The position numbers and the translations under genes were made by a program. A stretch of DNA of 64,000 nucleotides. It comes from Azolla caroliniana (taxonomy: Eukaryota > Plantae > Polypodiophyta). Below are positions 47,356 through 57,700 of this stretch, piece after piece. The first letter of the stretch is position 1. Every line of letters starts with the position of its first letter. The notes under the pieces are model-generated. The model was given only the letters and a program-made list of their open reading frames with translations, made no database searches and had not been told where the DNA came from. Location of the stretch: assembly GCA_043228905.1 (NCBI GenBank), contig JBHGNT010000015.1:15934001-15998000 (forward strand), given 5' to 3'.

Positions 47356-50300
47356 GCATATCTCTCATAGACCCTAATTTTCCCTATGGAAGCCATATCT
47401 CTCAAAATCTAAAATCTCTTATCAAAGCCAAAAACCCTAAATTTCTATTGAATCCATATTTAGTTTCTTCTAATCTATTATTCCAGTGATCTCCATAAGC
47501 TAAACTTTTGTAATCCCAATCTTGGGATTGATTGTAATCTTTCTTTCTATTTGTTAATGAAATTTGTTAATCTTTCTTATTTCGGTTAATTCTTAGTACA
47601 TAAACACACAAATTTGATGTTCTCTGGTGGGAGGCCCCAAGGTCCTACCTCAAGTTCACGTATCCTCGTTGTATTTTTGCGACATCTTTGGTGAACCCGA
47701 CGTGAAGCGCGGTGGCAGGAGGATATCTAGTGCGACGATGGCTTCGACAAGTGGAACTCAAGGAGAGGAATTAACGAAAGACATTGTGTCCGTAGTGGAA
47801 TACATGCTGAAGGTGAGAGATCGAGAAGCTTTAATCGACAAAGTTGTTGATCGTACGGTTGAGATAGCTAGACGATTTGGTGGTAAGAACATCACGGATT
47901 TTCTTGCTACCTATCAGAACGAGATGGAAATAAGGGATGTCAATGATCTCAAACAAATTTCTAGCTTCAAACATGTGGATGAACCAGGGATCCGCGAGCG
48001 CGTCATGGAGATCCAAAACGAGCATGCAACTTGGGCGGAGTTCGAAAAGGCGATTCTCGCTGAATACATGCTTGAAGACGCATCATGGATGACTCGACAT
48101 ACACTAATGATTTGGATCGAGAAGAAAGGAAAGAATCTGTGTGCATCGGGAGTGTATGCGGAATTCGACCAGAAGTACAACCGACTTCCAAGTGTTGATC
48201 AACGAGTTCTCAATGGAGATAAAGTCTTGCTATTCCTAAAGGTGGTGGATACAAAAGACCGGCGAGAATTGGGCGGTTTTTTGGAGGACGAAATGCAACC
48301 AAATGGCTTGGTAGCGGACTGGACGGCGGTGAAGAAGGCTTGTAGCCATCTTGATAAGCGTCGATAATGGCAAGAGGAAACTGATATGGAGAATCTACAA
48401 ACATGGAGGAGGAAAGCACCTGCGATGGTCGAGCCTAACAAGCCGATCAACAATTTCGACAAGCGATGGAGAACTCTATAATCGAAGAGCTCTCCAAGAA
48501 GTTTGAAGCAGTATCACTAGCCAACTTAGGTCGGCATGGGCCGAAGGGAAAAGAAGCGTATAGATGTGTGTGGTGTGACAGCTTCGAGCAGTCACGAAGG
48601 GAATGCGCTGACTTGCAAGATGCGATCTGCAAGAATGTCGTCTATTTGGACAGCAACATGATTCACTCGAGCGAGACCCGGAAGCCACTATGAGTGAACT
48701 TTGGAAGAGGTGGGCTGAAAAAGATTGTAGAAGAGGAAGATGCAAGGTATGTGGAAGCTATGCACTATGCCGCTTCAGTCGGGATATGAGTTGGAAAGGA
48801 GAATCTTAAAATGATCAAGCCAGGAGCTGGGTTTTCGACGACGGTCTTCGAGTGCGAAGAAAAAGGCAAAATCAACTCGGAGGATCTAAAACTTGCTGAC
48901 CGGAACGTGCGACGAGTTATTGGATGGTCAGATCCAGTCGACGAAAAAACAAGCTTTGCGGAGGTAGTGTGCGACAACTATGAAGCTCTAGTCGAAGAAA
49001 AAAGGAAAAGAACCTGTGAAGAAGGTGGCACATCAAAGCGTCCCAACTCAAGGAACAAAGAGAAAGAAGGGCAAGTCCCACCTATGCCACGAAGAGAGGT
49101 TGGAGAAACAAGCATGAAGCCCGGTGGACCGAGCCAACCTACTCGGATTGAAGTCGAAGAATCAACGAAGAAAGGAAAAGAACGAGCGGCACGGACTTAC
49201 AAGCTAAAGTCGGACATAGAACAAACAACTGACTTCCGGAAGGTCCTTGAGGAGAAGGTTTTAGACAGTCATGTCGACCTTACTTTGAGAGAACTACTTG
49301 GGATCGCAAAGAAGGAGTTCCATGATACTATCGTGGACCTTATAGCCATTACTCTCGACCTCATTGGGCAAGAGCGACAACGGAGACGCTGGTGAAGATC
49401 GGGGAGAAGAAAGAGACCGTGGTAGCCTTGATTGACCATGGCTCGGAGATCAACCTCATGTCGACCAAGTTCTACAAGAAAGGAAGATGGTCGATTAATA
49501 CAAACCAAGGATGGAAGATTCGAGCGGCGACAAAGGCCACGGAGGACTTGTATGGAGCTTGCCCCAATGTTAAAGTCATGATTGGGGATGTTGAGATTGA
49601 TCAACACTTCTTCGTGCAAGACTCGACTTCGCATCCTGTCATCCTAGGACAACCGTATATAACATCGTCCTGGATGGAGACTAAGGTGTTCGATAACGGA
49701 GAAGCCTTCGCGCGCATCAAGAGTCTTGATAGTAAAAGATCTGTTCAATTCCTAATGGTGCGAGCTAATCACGAAAGGAATCGAGATAGCCTTGGAGGCG
49801 AATCCTCGTATTTTTAAAGCGGACTATTGAAGCATGGGGCACAAATAGTCTGAGCAATCATAAGTCCCCACAAGGAAGCAAAGTGTGTGTATTGCAAGGA
49901 GAAGCAACATCCGTCACACCTAGCGGTGCATGCAAACTAAGACTACTCAACAAGAAGGAAAAGTGTCAGATACAAGACTTCGAGGAGGTGCTGAAAGAAG
50001 AAAGCATAATCGAAGAAGAAGAATTCGTGTCTCATATTTTGGAGGAAGCCTCATTTAACAACACCATCGGCGAAATCGAGGAAGTCATGGACTTGAACTC
50101 TGTCAACATGTACGCTATCATCAATGAATATCATCGAGGCATCTTGATGGAGGAAGTTGAAGTCAACACAAAATATAAAACCGTGGATAGGAAAATCAAG
50201 CCAGTTGTAGTTCCGCTACCGGAAGATAGCTGGCAAAAGATGAAGGAAGTTGCAAAAGATCCAAGCTTAAGGAATCCAAATACAATTGGTCATGTCTTCA

Positions 50301-50740
50301 CTGATGAGACGAAAGGGAAGCTACAAGTTGGAAGGGAAGATTTCCTCCTCCCTGAAGAGGAGCGGATGTTCCGTGGAATTCTTGAAAGACATGGGAAGGC
50401 TTTCGCGTTTTTCCCACAAGAAATCGGGTGTGCTAATCCAAGGACGGTAGAGCCAATGGTGATCTTCACGGTGCCGCATGTGCCTTGGAATTTGAAACCG
50501 ATATCGGTTCCGAGAGCACACTTACCGAAGTTGATCGAGCTCTTAAAGGAGAAGGTGAATATGGGAATTCTAGAACCGTCGAACGCTCCTTATTCTAATA
50601 GGTGGTTCACGGTGACGAAGAAGAATGGATCATTGCGATTCATTCAAGATCTTCAACCAGTCAACAAGGTGCAATTCGGAATGCTGGAATCAGTCTGAAT
50701 GTGGATGAATTTGTCGAGGCGTTTGCGGGCCGGTCCATCT
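47299..50740 (+). mobile_element. Gypsy G4 fragment: LTR 3' part, perfect tRNA-Trp PBS, gag, protease, start of RT
   Basis: LTR end GCGACA 47684; PBS TGGTGAACCCGACGTGAA 47689-47706; LIDHGSEINLM protease; pol frame 49883-50698 is -1 relative to the PR frame 49392-49817. Confidence 0.85.
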
Positions 50741-50851
50741 AATCTAAAACAGTATCTTCTCTATTATTGTTTCATGTCTCGTGTGAAGAACCACACTTGA
50801 TTTTGTACGTTCCATGCAATTTTCACATCGTTGCCAAAAATCTTCACGACA
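50737..50851 (-). mobile_element. 5' fragment of a G3-type LTR
   Basis: Minus strand reads TGTCGTGAAGATTTTTGGC..AAGTGTGGTTCTTCACAC, matching the start of the 34680 and 54853 LTRs. Confidence 0.75.
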
Positions 50852-51855
50852 ACGCATCCTCCGGTTCGCCACCCGCTTCGAACCATTCACCATTGTCATT
50901 CTCGCTCCTCGGGTCTAGCTCGTCCTCGTGCCGCTTCTTGAATGCCTTGATCCGCTTCCCGGCTACTTGTATTGTTAACCGTGTCCTGTTGAGCTCCGCA
51001 AGATGGTTGGTGCCATTGTCGTTTGCGCTCGCCACCAAATAACTCGTGGTGTCCTTCCCATCGAACCGGCCTATGGTGCCGAAAATCGTTTCAATGGCCC
51101 TGTCAAGGGCGCTTGTGTCCTCGCGAGCACTTACTATTCGATCGACTGCTGCCGCCATGCCTTTGGCGAGCTCTGATCCCCTCATCTTCGACTTCTCTGC
51201 CACCTTATTCATGTCGGGTTCACCAAATTTATGTCATGTTGTTACGCTCTTGCGTATGAAATAAGGCGGGACCGCGGAGGCCCCGAACTGAGGAGCGTGA
51301 GAGAGAAGAGGGAGAGAGATTCGCAGAAACACAGAGAGACAGAAACAAAAGAATCAATTCCAATAACCGTATAGATTACAGAGCTTGCAATGTTACAACC
51401 GGCAAGCCGGTGACAGACTGAACACAGACGAACACACGCGCTGAAATATGCAGTGGAGCCTCTACCAGAAGCACACGGGCTTTCACGCAGCAGAGGCAAC
51501 CAACCTAACCTGAATCCCTACAGAAGCAACAACGATAGTGGAGGAGAGAGCTCGGTTCCCAGTCCGACAACACTTCGTCCTCAAAAATCCGCGACATCCA
51601 CTCTCCCCCTTTTTCTCTCCTTTTATAGCACAATGAGAGAGAGCCGTTACAAACTGTTACATCACTTTTATTCTCTGTCCTTCCGGACAGAGATCCTTTT
51701 CGATCCCCTACTTAACGAATTCGTGCTACCTAGGATAATTACATCGCCGACCTTTACTTAATTATGTAAATACATCAAAACATGTGCTCGTGTGTAAGGG
51801 TCGGTTCACGCACACTACCCATCGATTCCTCCTACGAACGGTTTTCTCCACGACA
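50852..51855 (-). mobile_element. Internally deleted gypsy: LTR 51232-51855, PBS-Trp, gag N-terminus fused in frame to integrase C-terminus
   Basis: ORF 50844-51212 reads ..FDGKDTTSYLVA|SANDNGTNHLAEL..AGKRIKAFKKR; PBS 51208-51225. Confidence 0.8.
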
Positions 51856-53077
51856 ACGGTGCCAAAGAAGAATGGATCATTGCGACTCATCCAAGATCTT
51901 CAACCCGTCAACAAGGTGATAATTCGGAATGCTGGAATCAGTCCGAGTGTGGATGAATTTGCCGAAGCGTTTGCGGGCCAGTCCATCTACTCCATTGGTG
52001 ATCTCTACTCCGGATATGACCAATTCCAGTTGGCGATCGATAGTCCTGACATTACAACCATGAGGACTCCAATCGGGCTCGTGCAGATGTGTACCTTGCC
52101 TCAAGGTGCAACAAACTTGGTGGCTCATATGGTGAATTCCATGAACAAGGTCTTGAAGGATTGCATCCCGGACATCACGATGCCATTCTTGGATGATATT
52201 CCGATAAACAGATGTTCAGATGAGGAGAAAGATGAATCAAAAGATAAGGAAGGGTGTAGGAATTTCGTCGTAGATCATATGAAAGATTGTGAGAAGGTGC
52301 TCCAAAGGCTTGAAGATGCGAATTTGACATTTTCGGGAGAAAATTCCACATTTGGGCAACCAGAGAACTTGGTGGTAGGTCACTTCTATGGAGCATATGG
52401 CCGGAAGCCTTCACCATCCAAGGTGAACACGATCGAAGATATAAAAGAAGATAAACAGACGTTCAGATGAGGAGAAAGATGAATCAAAAGATAAGGAAGG
52501 GTGTAGGAAGTTCGTCGTAGATCATATGAAAGATTGTGAGAAGGTGCTCCAAAGGCTCGAAGATGCAAATTTGACATTTTCGGGAGAAAATTCCGCATTT
52601 GGGCAACCAGAGAACTTGGTGGTAGGTCACTTCTATAGAGCATATGGCCGGAAGCCTTCACCATCCAAGGTGAACACGATCCAAGATATGAAAGAAGAAT
52701 GCGTAAACCAAACGGAGGTTCAAAGGTTCCTTGGAGCATGTGCGTTTTATCATATCTGGATTCCGCACTACGCTCATGTCGCCAAGCCATTATATGGATT
52801 GCTAAAGAAAATAATGAAGTTCAAATGGTGAGATGACCATACAAACACAATGCGAAGATTAAAGAAACTACTTCTTGAAGCTCCAGCACTAAGGAAAGCC
52901 GACTATATCGAAGGAAAGCTTATTTATGTAAGTGTAGATACGAGCCCAACCGGAATCCGGTGAGTCATCAACCAAGAAGGAGAAGATAATGCGCGCAATG
53001 CCATCCGGTTCAGAGCAAAGGTTCTCAGCGAACGACAACGAGGATACGCCCAAGTCAAGCGGGAACTTTGGGGTATT

Positions 53078-54780
53078 GTGTCAGCAGTGAAGACGGACAA
53101 AGACTACTTGATCGGGTCGGAAGTGATAATTGAGACAAATTGTCTCCCAATCCTCGGGATGATCTCAGGATGCGCAACCCCAGATCTAGCTATGCTAAGG
53201 TGGATCGCCTATATCAAGTCTTTAAGCCCAGAGATCCGCCACATTGCAGGGAAGAAGAACACGATGGCTGACATGTTGTCGAGGGCAAGATTTGAGAATG
53301 AAGGTGATATGGTTTTGGAAGATGAAGACGTCACCCTCGACTTCTTCAAGATTGCTCGACTATCGGCGGAAGACAAGGACAACCTAACTCTCCATGCCTT
53401 CAACGAGAACAAGTACGAAGGAGAGTGGTTGCCGATCGGCAGATTCTTAAGAACAATGTCGGCGAATGCTTCGTTGACAAAAGAGGAGGCGCTACGAATC
53501 TGGAAGAAAGCTTACCAATACTTCCTCAAGGGAGGATTCCTCTGGCGACACCCAAAAAGAAGGACGGGAATGCCACGTCGGGTGGTGGTGAAGAAAGAAG
53601 AGCAAGTGACGCTAATGACCGAATTCCACGAGAGTCCTTGGGCGGGTCATAGAGGAACATGGGTGACGTTCGAAAAGTTGAAGGAAAATTATTGGTGGCC
53701 AAGCATGTACAAAGATGTACTCCATTTCATGTCCACATGCGAAACTTGCCAAGTACATTCGAACATACGTCATCATGAGGAGTTACGACCGACAAACCCA
53801 CTCACCATACACTTTAAATGGATGGTGGATCTAGTCTCGATGCCAATGGGAGTGGGACAAATGAAGTACTTAGTACTGGCAAGAGAAGACCTAACAAATC
53901 AAGTGGAAGGACGGGCCTTGGCAAATAAGACGACGTCATCTGTTTGCAAATTTCTACTCGAAGAGGTTGTTTGCCGATACGGATGTGTGGGAAAGATAAT
54001 GGCTAATCGAGGGGAGTTGGATGCACGCGAAGCAACGGAGCTCTTCGATCGACTAGGCGTGAAGCTCTCTCTCACGACTGCCTACAATCCAGAAGCGAAT
54101 GGGAAGATCGAACGAGGGCATGGACCAATCGTCAAAGCCATCGTACGAGCATGCAACGGTCGAGTCGGGAATTGGCCACGACTATTGCCCTATGCCTTGT
54201 GGGCCGACAGAACTACACATAGTTCAATGACAGGGTATATGCCAATGGAGATTATGTATGGACAAAAGCCAGTAATGCCCATCAAAAGGACGATCACCTC
54301 ATGGTAGCGATACCATGGGAGAACGAGATGAGCCAAGAAGAATTATTAGCGGCACGGATAAGGCAACTTGAAAGGAGACCTGAAGATCTAGAAAAAGCGC
54401 GAAAGATGATGGAGACAGCCCGAGTGAAGAACAAAATTCGGTTCGACAAGATGCATTGATTGCATCCCAAGAAGATCGAAGAAGGAGATTGGGCATTGGT
54501 CTACGACAGCAGCCTTGACAATCAACACGGTACAACAAGAAAGTTTGCAATAAGATGGTTCGGACCGTATGTAGTGATAAGTGCCAATGACAATGCCACA
54601 TACCACCTTGTAGAGCTAGATGGATCAAGGTTGGCCACACCCATTGCGGGAAAAAGAGTACAGATTTTCAAGAAAAGACAAAACGAGGATCCCGACCACG
54701 ATCACCTCGACGACGAAAAAAGTAGGACGGAACCTACAAACTTGAGTTATGTACAACAAGACGTGGAGAAATCTGATTGA
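53078..54780 (+). pseudogene. G3 RNase H-integrase
   Basis: NTMADMLSR, HESPWAGHRG..CETCQ, WMVDLV, AYNPEANGKIERG, WFGPY; broken at 54307; no chromodomain seen. Confidence 0.85.
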
Positions 54781-57700
54781 TCACTGTAACCGAAATCTCA
54801 CACTCTCTCTTCTTGTCACATACCGGAGGACGTGCGGTTTGGTGGGGGTGAATGTCGTGAAGATTTTCACCAATGATGTGAAAATTGCGACGAATGTCCA
54901 AAATCGAGTGTGGTTATTCACACAAGACATAAAACAATGATAGTGAAGATACTATTTTGGATTATCTTAATATCTTGGTATGGGAAGATGGAGGTCTTCA
55001 AGAGCTTCCGAATGTACTTTACTACATTTGAAACGGACAAATAAATGTCAAGTTATGCGAATGTAAAGTTTGAGAAGAAGAAGAGAAAAACAAAACTATG
55101 AGATATCCCACATAGATAGGACAAATCAGGATCCCACAGTATATAAGCAAAGCCAGAACTTATTACTTTCTGTCTATGAGTGGAGCCCAGAATGTTTTTG
55201 GGCTAAACTGTGGCTTAACTACTCGTAATGGTTTTAGCGGAACCGAAACCCAAATCGGATGGCGACCGAACCGGAATCGGAACGGACGGACGGCGACGGA
55301 ACCAGAACGGATAGACCGGATCACCGAGTCAGGAGCGAACCGGATAGACGGATTGATCGGAGATAGGTTGATCGCGACAATTTCGGTGTGAAACGAACAA
55401 AATCATCTAGACTGAAAAACCTATTAGAAATTTGTAATCAAAGGGATTCTTTCAAAGCAAGACTTGAACCTTGCATCTCCAAGATAGGAGCCAATAGACT
55501 TACCACTAGACTTAGTCATTTCCTTAAAAATGTTTTCTCTATCATTATACTTTTACATGTAAATTCTCATATTAGAGCTTGATTGAGTGACATGGTTATC
55601 ATGCATCACATGTAATGCATGAGCGCCAAATGGCAAACATGCATCACATGCATTCCATGCATCACATGCATTCCATGCATCACATGCATTCCATGCATCA
55701 CATGCATTCCATGCATTGTATGCATGTCTTGTACCCTCACATGCATAATATGCATGGGGGCGTCTATAAACTAGTGGATGAAGAAGAAAAACGGGAGCGA
55801 TGTATTAATCAAGAAAATTAAAAGTAAGAAATTTGTTATCCAATTGATGTATCAATCTTGTTCTTCAAATCTAAAGTCAAGAGTTCAATCTTAATCTCTC
55901 TCAATCTAAAGTCAAACGTTCTATCTTATCTCAATCTCTCTCTCTTTCAATCTATCTTAATTCCTTTCTCGCTAAAGCTAGTACAAACTTCGAGTCCTTC
56001 CGGTCCAAAACCCTGGCGGTTCCACCTCACGATCCACACGTAGTGACGAATCTTCACGACAACAGACTTCATGAACAACTAGACACAGCTCGTGTCAAGC
56101 ACGGTCCTATCCAATGTCAAGAGTCGATCAAACTATTTCTCGAACTCCTGGAGGAGCACCAACGTGCTCCTCCCCTTTCTAGGGCTTTCGACCCATTCCA
56201 TAAAGTCTCGCTTCAACAGTCGGAGCGAGTCATCGAACCCATACCTCTCGAGAAGCTGTCCTTTGAACTCCTCCCAAGTCTGGCAACCAGCCTGCACCTT
56301 GAGCACGTCCGCCTGGATGCTCGGCGTTACCACCTGAGGGAATCCGGATAGTCCTCTATCCTCTGGGAGGTCCCTCATTATCATTTCGGCCCGGTAGGCC
56401 TCGAGATAGCTTGTCACGTTCTTACCTCCAAACCGGCCTATTGTGTCGACGATCATTTCGATGGCCCTGTCAAGGGCACCCATACCTTGACGAGCATTCA
56501 CCAGCCGGTCTACACTTGCCGCCATGGCTTTGGTGATTTCTGTTCCCCTCTCTTCACACTCCTATGCCGCCTTGTTCACGTCAGGGTTCGCGTATCTTTG
56601 TGTATGCGTGTGAATCTAGGCGGGACCGCTAGGGCCTCGGACCGAAGATCTTAAGAAAGGGGGGGATGCGAAGGGCAAGAGAGACGGACGGTGCATAAGA
56701 CGTTCGGTATCAGGGTGCACAGGGCACTACTGACACGGTTGAAATTGGAGCAACACGATATGTGACCAACAAAACGAGTACCAACAATTGATTAGATGAC
56801 AAAAGAATCACAACTAGCAAATCCGGTCTGGGCCACGATCTCAGCGAGCACCCACACACACATAGAACACCGAAATGCAATATGGAGCCTTTGTCGGGAG
56901 CACACGACTTCCTACGTGAGCAGAGGCGTCTGGCAAATGAACTCCTACATAGGATAAAACAATGAACAATGCTCGGTTCCCAGTTCGACAACACTTCGTT
57001 CTCCTTAATCGTCTTCCCTAACTCAATCCTCTCTCCCTTCTTTTATAGACCAAGGAGAGAGAGGGTGGTTCCATCATGTAGTTAATCTCGGCCGTTTCGG
57101 ACAGAGATTCGCCCAGATTTTTTTATGTATTTAATTTTTCCTATTAAAGTTTCGTACATCACGCCAACCTAGCCTAGTCCTAGGTTATCCACAAGTATAT
57201 ATATAATGATTTGCGTGCATCCGTGCATGCAGCGGTTCACACACCTTTGGTCTCCGTTCCTTCTTGTAGCCGGTTTTCCTGATGACAATGCGTAGAGCAC
57301 ATAGAGGCGGTCTGGAAACTGAAGGAGAGGCTGATAGGAGCACTGGCTCTCCGAAAGGCAGTATACAAGGCGGAAACCCCGGTTTACTTAAGGGTGGATA
57401 TGAGTCTGACCGGAATCAGGTGGGTGGTTAATAAGGAAGACGAGGACGGCACACAGTTCGCTATTTGGTTCGGTGCGAAGTTGATGAATGAGTGGCTACA
57501 AGAATACGCCCAGGTTAAACGCAAACTTTGGGGTATCGTTTCGGCAATCAAGGCCGATAAAGAATACTTGATCGGGACAGAAGTAATAATCGAGACAAAC
57601 TGCCTAACAATCCTAGGTATGGTTTCGGGATGCGTGACTTTGGACCTGGCAATGCTCAGGTGGATCGCATACATCAAGTCCCTGAATCCGGAGATACGGC

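Larger units (their letters stand above)
34680..56061 (+). mobile_element. Gypsy G3 (tRNA-Trp primed), LTRs 34680-35851 and 54853-56061, 4-bp TSD ACGG/ACAG
   Basis: Paired ~1.2-kb LTRs, PBS TGGTGAACCCAACGTGAA 35860-35877, G-rich PPT before 54853. Gag/PR 35920-38090; RT-RH-IN 51856-54780. Confidence 0.88.
17487..57287 (-). mobile_element. Gypsy G2 (degenerate): 5' LTR ~56596-57287, gag 56062-56560 and 33700-34679, PR/RT 32664-33700 and 30268-30927, RH/IN 17640-19585, truncated 3' LTR 17487-17606
   Basis: 17497-17606 matches 57177-57287; PPT-like tract next to 17606. Reading frames rejoin across the insertions (MKS|VD at 56062/34679, MVNA|MNK at 32664/30927, QQG|YTHVKREL at 30268/19585). Confidence 0.8.
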
